From: a virus
IMG/VR virus record: IMGVR_UViG_3300045988_035499
Strand: one strand, 5' to 3'
DNA: 64,000 nucleotides
Part shown: one piece after another, positions 1 through 12,503 of the stretch
Layout: the number at the start of each line of letters is the position of its first letter
Position numbering within the stretch: position 1 is the first letter of the stretch
Notes under the pieces: generated by a model
The model's input: the letters and a program-made list of their open reading frames with translations, nothing else
The model's database searches: none
What the model was told of the DNA's origin: nothing
Program-made: the position numbers and the translations under genes

Positions 1-210
1 AACCTACCCTAACTTATAAAGGTCGCAAGGCAACGCAGCTTGATGTCCTATAACTGGTAGTATTGCAGTCTTATTATCGTACTACTGAACAGCTCCTATC
101 TTTAATACTCCCTCCATTATCCATTCACGGATATCTGTTATACGGATCTAGTCTTCTCTAAGATCCAGATCTGCTATTACTTTAGCAACTATAGTTGCTG
201 AACTAATCAT
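1..210 (-). CDS. hypothetical late-arm protein, N-terminal part only (gene runs off window start)
   Basis: ATG at 208-210 (MISSATIVAKVIADLDL...). Frame stays open to position 1 with two in-frame TAG read as sense and no TAA/TGA. Confidence 0.5.
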
Positions 211-214
211 TCGA

Positions 215-973
215 TTATTTATCATAATTGTATCTCCATTTAAAGCCAAAAGCAGTCTTTTTCTATCCTCTACACACTCTGTTTATAGCCGACCTATTAC
301 TTATAGAACCGCATTCTTCGGCTGCCTAGGTCATATTTCGATACGTACATATGTAGTTATTATTTAAATCTAATTTATCTACTTTAATCCCGGACGGCTT
401 TCTATTTTTTACTATATTAAAAATACATCTGTTATCCCTAGTATATTTCCACAGAAACCCTTCACAATTAGTTAATTTACCATTACAACAATCAGATATT
501 CTTGTTCTAATACTGCCGTATCTGTTCATATCTATGTGTCTAGCAGCACAAGCTATACTGTCAAATGTACGTATATATTTACCTTGTAAGGAGTATTGAT
601 CTACTTTCTATTTAACTTTATTGTATTTCAATTTCGGCAATTTAGAGTACTTGCGACTAGCATATCTGTTTCCGTTATATTCTGGTCGCATGTCTAAATA
701 TTTCTGTTCTAACATTAATAAGGTATCATGTATAGGCTAACAAACTTCCAATATGCATATTTCAAACTTATCTTCTCCATATTTATTATAAGCTCTCTAC
801 AAATAAATAGAGTGATGATAGTTCTTACGTAATTCACTTCTATGTTTAATAAACCTACGTTTGAAATTATTAGTACTTCCTATATATTTATGTCCATTAA
901 TTATATTACGTATCATATATATACCGGCAAGTTCTTGTGCACTATTTATCTAATTAAACTTCAGGGTAATCAT
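215..973 (-). CDS. GIY-YIG homing endonuclease with two C-terminal NUMOD/IENR-like DNA-binding repeats
   Basis: Track ORF 326..529 extends in frame both ways through six TAG. Motifs: GIYMIRN..YIGST, SIYL-[TAG]-RAYNKYG, CCNGKLTNCEGFLWKY and CRG-[TAG]-KKTAFGFKWRY. ATG 971-973, TAA 215-217, 253 codons. Confidence 0.85.
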
Positions 974-1376
974 GCTCTCTATTAAAAATTATTTTTGCCA
1001 AAGTCCTCTTGTTGTCTCTACTTGCTACAAACTAATACTTACTTTTGTTTGTTAACAGGCAGTTTTTTTTGCTCCAAAAAAATCTGTATTTGTAATAATT
1101 ACTATGGGCGTTAAGCAGATATACAGGCTTACCAGTTTCTCTAGTAGCCTTCCAATCCCACCTAAGACTCTTACCTGTAAATTCTTTAGGCTAATGTTTT
1201 ACTATCTACAAAGTACCAAGCCTACAAGGAAGTTTTACCTCTTTACAATCTAACATGATAGAGTCTCTGATATATTTAAAGTAATCTGTAAGTATTGCTT
1301 TGAATGTCTTCAAGTCTATGTCATACTAAGTACCCTACTCTATATAGTTTTTATAGTTAATATAGAAGTCTGCCAT
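954..1376 (-). CDS. hypothetical protein
   Basis: ATG 1374-1376 to TAA 954-956, 141 codons, several in-frame TAG. The 3' end overlaps the GIY-YIG gene start. Confidence 0.5.
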
Positions 1377-1414
1377 AGTGTAGCATTTTCTGTTATATTC
1401 TAATCTCTCTTTCA

Positions 1415-2059
1415 TTACTTAGTAGCATATCTATTCTGCGTATCATCATGCGCATTATTGGTATCATCACTAGGCATTGCTAGCATTATTCTCAACTCTC
1501 TTTCCATTATCATCTATGTGATAGTTGGTATCATTGCAGCAGGTATAGGGAAGTCACTGTCTGGGTCAAAACATGCGTTTAATTCTGTAGGGTCTTCAGC
1601 TATAACATCTACACTTATGTACTCTAACTAATTAGAGTCTCCTTCTACATACACTTTGTTATTTTTCACCCAAGCAATATAGTCTTTACAAGTGGCTTTT
1701 CTATACTTCTGTAGTTTAGCCTTAGTGTGACTACCTAACTAAATAATGTTTCCAAACATATCCCTTACTGCTATAACACCAGGTCTAAAGTTAAAGTCTA
1801 TTAACTTTGGTAATTCCTTATCACCTACATATGTAAAGTGTCCTGGACTGTTCTCTTCTCTATCCAAGTGAATAGGTTCTATAGTAGTAAGATAGAGTTC
1901 ATTGACATCTCTACCTTTATCTATATCTTGCTTTATTAACATAGCTCGATATGATAATATCCATTTTTCTATTTGTGCTCTACTTAAATGCTCAGACTCT
2001 GCAATATTATTATTGCGAGCAATTAGCAGAACATTATCAACCATTTCATTTAATGTCAT
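1415..2059 (-). CDS. hypothetical virion-module protein
   Basis: Track ORF 1739..2146 ends in TAG and continues in frame to TAA 1415-1417. Probable start MTLNEMV at 2057-2059. Confidence 0.6.
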
Positions 2060-2180
2060 ATTATATAATATCTTTTTTATAACGTTATAACCTATTTTAA
2101 CGCATTTTAAGCCGTTTAGAGACACTTTCTTTTTTAGGTAGTACAATCCTTAGTATAACTAATAGCCTTTCTTACAGAGG

Positions 2181-2217
2181 CTTAAAATAAAAAAGGTTGA
2201 TCTTATTGATCAACCTT
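2181..2217 (-). terminator. intrinsic terminator hairpin
   Basis: 10-bp stem AAGGTTGATC/GATCAACCTT (2193-2217) followed on the minus strand by a T-run. Overlaps the stop of CDS 2203..2766. Confidence 0.6.
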
Positions 2218-2766
2218 ATTCATAACATCCTTCATATCCTAAGGTAGCATGTTCTTCATTGGTTCAGGAACCATCTAATTAGCTTTCCTTATGATACTCT
2301 TCAATTCTCTAACTTCTCTTTGGAGTTCCGATATCTTCGGATCTTCTTTAGGAGCTTCTGTTCCAACTCCTAGCTTATCTAACAGTGACTAACATTTAGC
2401 CATCTCTTCATCGCATTTGGCGATTGTTTCTTTTCTCTGTTTGTACGTTTCGTATTGGTTACGTATAATACCAATTATTTCCTACTTGTCTGTAGATATA
2501 GTAAGACCTATTTGACTATCTGTAATGACCGATTTATTTTCGGGTATTGTGAACTTTTTAGTTTCACCATTACATTGAATCGTTACATCTACAACCCTTT
2601 TGCGCTATTGGTTTGGCATTGGGAATTGACCAGGAGGAAGAGGTTCTTCATATACATTACCAACCTAAGTAACAGAGCCTTCATTATACTCGGTAGTCTT
2701 TTTAAAAGTGCCAACTACCTCTATTATATATACTTTATCTCCTATGTTTAATTGATTGAATAGCAT
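2203..2766 (-). CDS. hypothetical protein with coiled-coil C-terminal half
   Basis: ATG 2764-2766 to TAA 2203-2205, 188 codons. Open only if about seven in-frame TAG are sense. Confidence 0.55.
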
Positions 2767-2812
2767 AAGTATAAGATTTTATAAGGGCTCAATTAAGAGC
2801 CCTTGATTTATA

Positions 2813-3247
2813 TTAAGCAGCCGGTGTATTTGTTGCCGGAGCTACTATATGATTAACAGTCTAGAAAGTTCCATTACTCTTATTGTAATAGATTAAGTAT
2901 CTATTACCAGTAGAAATTTCTTCTGTAACCATCTATTCACCAGAACCATTAAGTAATGCTCTAGCACCAGTTGAAGTGGTAGTAGATGTACTACTTACTT
3001 GGCTTGAAGATCTAGTAGGATCTATACTTACTAATGATCCTGCTGTAACAGTAGATGCTGGGGTATGAGATATATTAAGTAAAATCATACCTTCACATGG
3101 AAGTTGTCTCCATATTTTTGGGCATATACCATATACAACTGAATTGTTAGTAGTATCTGTAGTAACATATAAACTCTTCAAAGTAGGTATACCAAAGTTG
3201 TCTATTGTTCTTACTCTATTGCTATAAGGATTAAAAGGATAAAACAT
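2813..3247 (-). CDS. hypothetical protein
   Basis: Track ORF 2933..3247 ends in TAG and continues in frame to TAA 2813-2815 (145 codons). Confidence 0.55.
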
Positions 3248-3266
3248 ATATTGCCTCCTTCCTTAA

Positions 3267-4181
3267 TTAGCAACCACAACCACAACCGTCGTTGTAACCG
3301 AATCCATAACCAGTGTATCCACCGTTACATCCGAAAGGGTTACATGTCAGATAAGCAGGAACCGGACACGGTCTGATCTGATTTACGATATTAGCTGTTT
3401 GAGCCTACTGAGAAGCAGCGAACTGCAATGTTTGTTTGTCATCACGCAGAGCGTCAATCTTATTCTGCATTTCTCTCATTTCAAGCTGACAGAACTTGTC
3501 ATTGATGATCTGAGTTTGTGCATCTATTTTAGAACCAAGGATATTAAACTTGGTAGCATTGTCCTGAATCAAGTTATTGAAACCACCAGTAATTGCATTC
3601 TGCAGAGTATTAGTCTGGTTACATACTGATAATTGATTTTCATAACCCATCTTAGTAATGTTGTTATTTACTCCGCTAATGGATTCTCTAACATCGCAGC
3701 AGCAGCTAGCCAACTGAGAAGCAAGAGTTGCATTACCAGAACCAATAGCGTTAATTACTTCACAACTAGCTAACTTAGTATCACAAGATACCTGACTTAC
3801 ACCAGCGTTAATTTGATTTAAAGCAGCTTGAACAGAATTAAGATCACAGTTCAAAGTGCTAGACAAAGTACTGATAGCCTCCTTGTTTCCATTAATAGCC
3901 TGCATAAGCAGATTAGTATTAGCATCAGTGTTCAGTTCAGAAGCCAAGCGACTAGCTTCATTGTTACCACGACCGAAGCCGTTGCCACCGAAACCACCCC
4001 AGCAGAAGAAGATCAAAATGATCCAAATCCACCACCAGCCACCATTACCGCCCATGCCATTGTTGTTCATCATAGCCATAAGAGCTGCGGGGTCCATACT
4101 ACCTTTATTAGCGTTCTGCATTAAAGCAGCAAGACCAGCATCGAAACCACGGTCTTGTACTATAATTCTATCTTCTAACAT
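3267..4181 (-). CDS. membrane protein with Trp/Gly-rich TM segment, coiled-coil region and Cys/Gly-rich C-terminus
   Basis: Track ORF 3405..4181 ends in TAG and continues to TAA 3267-3269. Contains WWWIWIILIFFCWGGF and ends ...GYNDGCGCGC. Confidence 0.65.
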
Positions 4182-4210
4182 AATTGATTTAATTTAAAAT
4201 TGATTTTTGA

Positions 4211-4843
4211 TTAATATCTAACATAGCGAGTAGCTCTACTACGTCCATATTCTGTATAAGGATCATACTCTCTTTCTCTTTCTTTTTCAAAGAGTTTGTC
4301 GTATTCTTCACGTTCAACATCGTATCTGTTTCCATAAACTCTACGACCATACATACCTCCACGTCTACCACCTCTACGGTACAGACCAGCATGTTCATAT
4401 TCGTCTTCATCGTCTTCTTCGTATTTACCACGTTTGGATACTTCTTCTTCGTAGCATTCCATTTCAGCATCTCTGATCTTATCACACATAACGTAAATAT
4501 AGTAATACCACATTTTGCCTTCTTCAATGTCTTTATCATTTAACCAGGCTTTAGCGAATTCTACAAAATTCTTAGTGCTATTAGAATTAGTGATGCTTAA
4601 CATTACTTTATAGTAATCAGAATATACCATGTTGAGTGCAACAAACCAGTCATAACGATTAAACTTATGATTTAAGTTTATGCCATATTGATTTGCTAAT
4701 GCAGTAGTTTCCTCGAGAGACCAATGAGCGCCACGTGTGCCATCCTCATTTTCCATTTTACTTACAGCTTTACGAGCTTTTTCCTCATTGAAATGAGGTC
4801 CGTGTTCCATCTCGTAAGCCTTTTCACGAAATATTCTATGCAT
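4211..4843 (-). CDS. hypothetical protein with acidic and Arg/Gly/Tyr-rich C-terminus
   Basis: Intact 210-aa ORF without TAG. G+C visibly higher than its neighbours. Confidence 0.7.
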   Translation of the reverse strand: MHRIFREKAYEMEHGPHFNEEKARKAVSKMENEDGTRGAHWSLEETTALANQYGINLNHKFNRYDWFVALNMVYSDYYKVMLSITNSNSTKNFVEFAKAWLNDKDIEEGKMWYYYIYVMCDKIRDAEMECYEEEVSKRGKYEEDDEDEYEHAGLYRRGGRRGGMYGRRVYGNRYDVEREEYDKLFEKEREREYDPYTEYGRSRATRYVRY

Positions 4844-4875
4844 ATTATTATTGATTAATATTTATTTGAATATAA

Positions 4876-5514
4876 TTATTTTGGTACTTCTATTATTCGA
4901 GTACCTGTTACCTTTATCAAAGGATTTGAATTTACTATCTGATATTGTTTGGTATGTATTTTCTTCCAATCAAAGTGCCAGAACCTAACCCAGCCATTTT
5001 TGTACTTAGTACGGTATTCCTTTTTTTCTTCTATGAAAATAGTTTGCTAGTTCTTTATGTCTAACTTGGCTGTTAGGATTGAGTCCTTTCTACTAACTAT
5101 GATAGTTGTTAATGGATTAAGTTTTAATTCCTCCTTAAAGTCTACTGTTTTATGCTTTATTACAGTTTTAATAGAATCTTTAACCTCTGTATTGATTACA
5201 CTTACATTTGTTAGGTTCTTGTCTTTGATCTTTAATTCTTTCTAAGTATTTTTTATCTACTGTATAAGACTATCTTTACTAGCATTTAATTCTTCTATAG
5301 TAAGCTATAATACTCTATTTTGTTTTTCCTTATTAGTAGCAATATCCTCATACGCTCTAACGTTGTTAGTTATTCTGTCTAATTCTTTGTCCTTTTTTTT
5401 GAGCTAATGGTTCTAATAAAAAACAGTCGCAATAAGTAAACTAACTAAACCTACTGCGACTGCTTTGTAATTTCCTGTGAACCAATTAACTATCTTTGCT
5501 ATTATTGGAATCAT
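4876..5514 (-). CDS. N-terminally membrane-anchored coiled-coil protein, spanin-like lysis candidate
   Basis: ATG 5512-5514 overlaps the 3' end of the holin-like gene. TM segment AVAVGLVSLLIATVFY is followed by a long Lys/Glu-rich coil. Five or six in-frame TAG, TAA 4876-4878, 213 codons. Confidence 0.5.
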
Positions 5515-5995
5515 CTGGTAAATCTTTATCTAATGATATATCTAAATATTTTTCTCCCTTTGCTTTGATCACTTTCTTGAGTATCTTCCAAATCTTCCAT
5601 TTGGGATACAACTCGCAGAATGATTCTAATAACGACCAAAATTCTACTAATGCTATCATACCTGCTACAATCTCTACAGCATGTATATTAACAGATGTTA
5701 TTATCAACTGGTCAATAATAGAAGCACTTGTTATAGCTACGCCAGCATCTCTAACCTTCCATAAAGTTTTCCATGCCTTATGAGACTCTATTTTAGGATG
5801 ACCGCATTTTTTAGATACTTTATAACCATATAAAGCATCCAACAGTATCAATGCTCCTACGGCAGTGATAGGTATCCATATAGGTACAAATATTAAAATG
5901 AGACCTGTAATTATTGAGGCCACACATTTATCTGCACTACTGAACATGTTTTTGAAAATTGACATAGTATGTTCTCCTAATTGTTGATAAGTCAT
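5486..5995 (-). CDS. holin-like multi-pass membrane protein
   Basis: 169-aa ORF with three or four hydrophobic segments and a charged C-terminal tail. Sits next to the spanin-like gene. Confidence 0.6.
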   Translation of the reverse strand: MTYQQLGEHTMSIFKNMFSSADKCVASIITGLILIFVPIWIPITAVGALILLDALYGYKVSKKCGHPKIESHKAWKTLWKVRDAGVAITSASIIDQLIITSVNIHAVEIVAGMIALVEFWSLLESFCELYPKWKIWKILKKVIKAKGEKYLDISLDKDLPDDSNNSKDS

Positions 5996-6023
5996 AGATA
6001 GTAGAATGATAGTAAGTTGTAAT

Positions 6024-6066
6024 CAAAAAGCCCTAGAGATTAAAGGGGAGTAAAATCTGCTAGGGC
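6024..6066 (-). terminator. intrinsic terminator
   Basis: Stem GCCCTAG/CTAGGGC (6030-6066) followed on the minus strand by TTTTTG. Lies downstream of the fiber gene stop at 6166. Confidence 0.6.
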
Positions 6067-6165
6067 CTGTTATTTTGTTGAGATTATATTTTATATAACG
6101 GTGTAGTTATAAGTATGTTGCTACGCATTCTTATTTCTGAATAAGAACTAATAGCTCTTTATACT

Positions 6166-8256
6166 TTAAGATGCTGCATTTACAGGATATGGATTAAATG
6201 TCAAACGTGTACCTATATCATTGTTTTTGTTACCAAATAAAGTATAACCAGTGTAGGAGAATAATCCAGCACCTGAAGAATTATTACTAGCACCACCAAA
6301 TGTTATCATCTTCGTATCTGTGGTAGCGTTAACAGAGCATTCGTCACAATAGTATGTATTACTTGTAGCAGATGTTTCTTTCGCAAATATATCTGCAGAG
6401 TTATTACCAATTATCTGTGAAATATAGCCATCTGTAGTTGATATACTAAACGCAGGTTTAGTCATATCCATAGTCCACTTATCAGTATCTGTACTAATAT
6501 ATATGTTATTATCAGTTCCTGCAAGTGCAATATCTATCACAGCTTTTTTAATATGACCAAATGGATTCTCTATACCTCTATATCTAGGAACATATACAGT
6601 ATAGTTACCACCATTGTTCTAGTAGCTATAAGGCTTAGCACCAGTACCATTGCCATATTCATGAGTGGTACCAGTAGGTACAAATGCATAAGCTCCATTT
6701 TTTTGAGATTTGGTTACGCCTGCACCCAATCCTCCTTGATTGAACTCATTTTCCATGAAATCTACTTCTTTCGTTGTATAAAGGTCATCTTGAGTGTTTC
6801 TATTCGCAAATTCTACAACGAATAACCAAACTAAAGTTTTATGAGCCTAATAAGTATAAACATTCCAATGATTTGATCTATTTCTGCCTCTGGCATATGC
6901 CTGCATTAAGTTTAAAGTAAGGTTAGTAGTTGGAATATTCGTACTTGATTGATTACTTGACACAGAGCGTAATAAAGTAGGAGTACTGGCAACTTCCGTT
7001 GCTTCGTATGCTGCAATATATTGTTTAGGTACTTTTTCAAATCCAGGCAGATTGTATTCACTTAATCTGATTTCTACCTCATTGTTTGGAGTAGATACTA
7101 GTAATCTGTAGTGCTCTGGTATTTCTACAAAATACTCTGGTGCATATCCTGCAGAGTCTACAGCAATTGCTGTTCCATCTTCCCACCTAGACCAATTTTC
7201 TGGATCAAGATACTTAATAACATCATCTGCGTTATTAATAGTACAGCCTCTCATCTTACTTTGAATAGGTAGTGTACTATGCATTCTTCTATTACCTGTA
7301 CGTCGTCCTTTTGGGCTAGAGTCAGTAAACCTAACTCCGTACCACAGACAACTATCAATCTAATTATATGATTCTGACAGAGCTATAAAGTCTGTAGATC
7401 CCATTAATCCTACACTATCATAGTAGGCTCTTTCAATATAAATATTTGACTAATTGTTCTGTTCATATTGTTTTGTGATATCATTATACTGATAATAGTC
7501 ATAGTCAATATAGACTCCATTATCTTCATAACGAACATCCATAGAATTATTCAAAATAGTAGTTGGAATAGAAGCTACTCTGTCAGTAACAGCTTTACCT
7601 TTATCTCCAGGATAGGCTGTAGAAGAATTTTCACCTAAAGCGATAGACGGACTAATCTCTATATAATCAGAACCAGACCAACGATATGTTAAATTGGTAT
7701 TCTATGCTACATATATCTTACCAGATTCCCCAGTAATAGGGAATGATGATAGATTAGCATACTCAAGTACATCATCTACATAGGAAGGAAGTTGACTTTC
7801 AGGTATCTTACCATTAGAATTCAAAGAAGCTATACCACCTGCTACACCTTTAGTAGCCTCAAATGCCATGTGTCTATCTTCTAAGTCATCTAAATTATCC
7901 TGTAAAGTTTTATCTGCAGCTTTTCTGTCTGCTACTTCCTAACTTAACTTACCTGGTAATTCAACTAAGTAATTAGGTATCTGACTATTAGGAACTTTAC
8001 CGTCTGAGTCAAGTGATGCAAGACCATTAGGTTGAGCTTTAGTAGACTTAAAGTTCTGTAAATCTTCATTTACGGCTTTAATCTTCTCATATTGATCTAC
8101 ATTTGTGTCTTTATTCAAAGGTATCCATTCGTCCCCTTTAAAAGACTTAACTACGTTACCACTAGGGTCGCTAGCTAAATCAATCCAGTAAGAAACTTCC
8201 TTAGGGTTAGGAGCATATTGTGATGCTACAAAATTAGGGTTTTCTTTTCTTATCAT
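6166..8256 (-). CDS. tail fiber/spike protein
   Basis: Track ORFs 7939..8256, 6847..7284 and 6166..6540 share a frame. I scanned both gaps and found only TAG, no TAA/TGA. Fiber motifs LDSDGKVP, SQLPSYVDDVLEY and GKIYV..NLTYRWSG. 697 codons. Confidence 0.8.
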
Positions 8257-8267
8257 AAGTATAAAAA

Positions 8268-10667
8268 TTAAAATTGTTCAAAAGTCGAATTATCATCGAA
8301 GTTGTTTATTCCTTCATCATTATATATAGTTCTATCGTCATCTACTAAACTCATAGTAGAAATACTATTAACTGCGGGAGCAATAAACTCTGTACCGAAA
8401 GGAGTATAAACAACCCAAGTACCATCTGCCATTGTAGTTAATGTAACGATAGTACCTCCATGTGCTACATTCTTAGCAAGTTCTGCAAGCATTTGACTTG
8501 ACTGTTCATTAATCTTAGCAGGATCTGCATTAAATGACTCTATATTAAGATTCCATAAACTAGGTACTATAGTTGTATTAGGAAATATTTCTATTCCAGT
8601 AGTATTAGTTATTACTTTGTCTACGAATGCACGAGATCTTATTTCTACTCTACCAAGATTGCCAAACTTAATACCTTGTCCTATACCATATTTAATTCTA
8701 GTGCCCCATACTAATTGACCGTAACTATTACCTTGATTAGCGGATTCTACTATCACTCCCTTGTTATAATACGCTCTAAAAGTATTACAGTTAAAATGCG
8801 GATAGAAATAACAGTATTGACATGGACCTAAGATATTGTACCCCATCCAGTCTTGCCACATACTGTTATACCAATATTCTCCATCTGGAGCACCAATATA
8901 AGAGCTAGCTCCTTCTAGCTTAATATTTGCATCAGAACCAAATAGCAAACATTCATTACATTCTGTAAATTGCATTCCTTTATAGTAGCCAAACATTACA
9001 CAGCCTTTAATAGTATCAGCATCTATCTTACTAAGAGTACCGTTAATATAGCTGTTTTCTAATCTTCCAATATTATTCCATGACCAATTTCTACCTATGA
9101 TCAAACAACCAGACATACCGTGTTTTTGTCCAAATCTGCACTTGCCAAATTGTGCACTTTGCAGAGACGGATCATAACCTCTTAGTAATACTGTATTAGC
9201 ACATTTACCATAAGTATATATTTCATTATCGAATACAGTAGTAGATGCACTATTAATTACAGAATCTGAAAATGCCATCACAAAATTAGCTACAGTGAAC
9301 CTATCATTTAGACCTTTATAGCCATAATAATCATTACTTTTTATTCTAGTATTATATATCAAATAATCTGTAGTACTATTATATTTCATTCTTTCAGATG
9401 CATCTGTACCATTATAGTCAAATGTATATCTGTCCATATAATCTTCTGAATCTACAGTTACATTGCACTGCCCCATCTTATTAGCATAACCAGTATTAGT
9501 AGCCACAGAAATACCATTTTTAGCGTACATATCGGTCTACCAAGCTAAGTACTTGTCATTCTGATTCTTAGTAGTATTCTGATACGGCTTCAAATTATCT
9601 CTAATGTAATCCTCATGAAAAGCGGTCTTGGAAGCCATGTCAGGTATTAAAGAATTGCCTCTGTATGTACCATTGAATATAGCAGGTATGAGGTTTACTT
9701 CATTCTCTTCTCCAGAACCTATTATCTGTCGTCCATCTGACATATTGTAAGAGGTAGTCCTTGATGTCATTACTCTGTATGGACCAAACTTACCACCAGT
9801 GCCATCATTAGGAGTCATATTTGCAGTAATATCTTTAATTGCCCATCTTCTGAACTTAACATGTTTAAAGTCATAGCAAGCAGAGTTCTTGTTCATATCC
9901 TCCATATAATATACGCAACCAGTAGGATGATATGTAGTCATACCTTTAGTAAATAGTAATTCTTCAGGGTCAATAGTGTAAAGACATTTACGTATTGGCA
10001 CATACCCTGGCTTTCTAATGTAGAATACCTCTTCATCAAACTTATCTTCAGATATAGCTCTAAGTATTATACACTCTACATCCTTTGCAGGTTGATTCAT
10101 TTCAAATCCTTCATCTGTACCCATTGAAGGATGATTATAAGCACATGTATAATCTGTTATACCATAATAGCCACCTACTACTAACTTCTTTTCTTTACAT
10201 AAACTAAAAATAGCATCATACTGTCCCTTCATAACATGCTATGCTTCTATCATGCTATATAGATAATCGTATGCTGTATCTACACGTCCGTCATTATAAC
10301 TTTTATAACTATTAAGTTCGGACTGTAACCCGTTAACTAGACTACTTGTGCTAGATTCTAAAGTAGATACTGTAGTTTGAAGTGTAGATATATCAGTAGT
10401 ATTTTGGTCTACTATGGGATCATAATAATCACGTATATTTGGTTCTATCGTGTTCATAGTAGAAACAACATACTATATATCTTTAGATCTTTCATCTGCT
10501 TCAGTATTTATATCGCTTTTGAGTTCATTATATATCTCATCTACAGCAAATGATTTAATTTTAGAAGCACTAACAGCTTTATTATCCCCTTCTGATACTA
10601 TAGGAATTATTTCTTCACCAGTAAGCGTATCCTATACTGGTAATTGTGATATTTTTAAATCAGTCAT
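8268..10667 (-). CDS. tail fiber protein
   Basis: Track ORFs 10239..10457, 9537..10232 and 8268..9530 are in one frame and separated only by TAG. N-terminus MTDLKISQLPV-[TAG]-DTLTGEEIIP is typical of fibers. ATG 10665-10667, TAA 8268-8270, 800 codons. Confidence 0.75.
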
Positions 10668-11035
10668 TCTAATATAATTTTATTTCCGGTTTCCAACAAT
10701 AGGTAGTGAGTATCTTCGGTTTCCAACAATAGGTAGTATCCAGTAGGAGGTGTTACTCCACCCTTAGGCAATCTCCATCTACCTAATACGGTAGATCCTA
10801 GATCTGTATACTAACTTATCTCTATAGACTTACCAGATAAGGAAGATAAATCAATTTCACGAGTATTCTTGAATATTACTTTGTTACTCTAGTTATCTAA
10901 ATCTTTAACAATAAGCATACCTGAGAATATAGCAGTCTCAACAAAATCATCCTTAGGTATTATATTATATAACTATGGAAATACATAGTATGCCTAAGGA
11001 TTAATAAATATTGGATTATACAATGATGTCTTCAT
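10664..11035 (-). CDS. small protein ending in duplicated YLLLET motif
   Basis: ATG 11033-11035 to TGA 10664-10666 (ATGA overlap with the next gene), 124 codons, about four in-frame TAG. Confidence 0.5.
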
Positions 11036-11037
11036 AC

Positions 11038-12003
11038 TTACTCTTTCCAGAACCCAGCTGGAGCACTTACTTTATTAAATACTACATTATCAGAAGTTGC
11101 TAAACCTAATTGAGCTCTAGTCACTACATGAGGATTATCTCTTCTATTAATATGATTATTCAACGCAGACTGTAGACTAGTTATAGATGTAGATAAACTT
11201 CCTACTGTGCTCTCTAAACTACTTACTCTATTCTTTACAGCAGTCATATCTGTCTGTAATGTATTTATATCTCCTTCTATGGTAGTTATATCTCCACCTT
11301 GATTATTTATCTATTCTTGGATGTTAGTAATGCTAGAATCAATGCTGTTAAGTTCATTATTGATATTAGTTATACTACCATCGATATTGTCTATTCTATT
11401 GTCAATATTAGTAATATCAGTATTAATGTTACTGATACTATCGTCAATATTATCAATTCTAGTGTCTAAGTTATTAACAGTATTAGTAAGATTAGTTATT
11501 TTAGAATTAACACTACTAATCTGTTGGTCAATATATGTTCTTACTCCACTAATACTATTATCTATATATGTAACTAACTATCCAATTTGACTGTTTACTT
11601 CTTGCTTAAAAGTATTAAAATCACTTCTAATAGCTGTTATACTATCGTCTACATAAGTCTCAAGATTACTAATCTAATTCCTTACATACATTTCTAGTTG
11701 ATCTATCTTAGCTTGTACTTCAATCTATAAGTCATCTATTCTACTATTGACATTATTGATATTAAGCCATAGATCATTTTCTAACCTGCTTATTTCAGAT
11801 TCTACCCACTTCTTAAGCTCTGCTATTATTTGTTTAAGTAGCTCTGGATTAGGTTCTATTACTTCCCAAGTAAGAGTATCATTTCTATAATACTTAATGA
11901 TGCCTCCATATCTGTTAGCAGTAATGTCTATCCAGTAATCTACTTCTAAGGGATTAGGCTGATTCTCTGCAGCTCTAAATCTTACTACTTCTCTCTGTAA
12001 CAT
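11038..12003 (-). CDS. coiled-coil fiber protein
   Basis: Track ORFs 11725..12003 and 11038..11247 share a frame. I translated the gap and found only TAG. N-terminus NQPNPLEVDYWID, heptad-like repeats, ends ...APAGFWKE then TAA. Confidence 0.75.
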
Positions 12004-12059
12004 AATTTTTGTTATGTATATTTTATTTTATATTTCTTTAGGTAAGTGTAGTACCTATT

Positions 12060-12503
12060 TTATGCTGCAAACTCTATTACCTTATTTTTAAACCCAGGGT
12101 CGTAACAATCTATATGAACCCACGAAACGGCCTTTTCTAATCTAATCTTATAAGGCAATTTATCCTGATTATCTTTAATCAACTGTCTAATTTCCTCAGC
12201 AGACTTAGCATTACAAGTAAAGTCTACTCCATTTCCAGTAACATGAGCTGACATATAAGGTCCAGTCTTAGCTTTAACTAATGGACACATATTACATCTT
12301 AATCCTCTCTGTTTGAGCTTACTAGTATTTACTATCATTGGTAGATTAATTATTTCTGTACGTAGTACTAATAAGGTATGCAATAAAGGAGTACTTAGAA
12401 ACATCCAAGCCTGTTCTTTGAACTTATCATATACATGATTACATACTAATTCTCCAATGCGAAAATACTGCTTTAATTCTTTAATTATTTGTTCTCGTTC
12501 CAT
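12060..12503 (-). CDS. peptidase M15-type cell-wall hydrolase (endolysin candidate)
   Basis: SAHVTGNGVDF (H-x6-D) and SWVHID motifs fit Zn-dependent D-Ala-D-Ala / L-Ala-D-Glu peptidases. 147 aa. Confidence 0.7.
   Translation of the reverse strand: MEREQIIKELKQYFRIGELVCNHVYDKFKEQAWMFLSTPLLHTLLVLRTEIINLPMIVNTSKLKQRGLRCNMCPLVKAKTGPYMSAHVTGNGVDFTCNAKSAEEIRQLIKDNQDKLPYKIRLEKAVSWVHIDCYDPGFKNKVIEFAA

Noticed and set aside
2783-2804. Hairpin AAGGGCTC-AATTAA-GAGCCCTT as a terminator
   Set aside because: The stem is perfect, but there is no T-run on the minus strand where it would be needed. I leave it unannotated.
10687-10737. 21-bp direct repeat CGGTTTCCAACAATAGGTAGT x2 as a regulatory or att-like site
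   Set aside because: It lies inside CDS 10664..11035 and simply encodes the duplicated YLLLET peptide motif.
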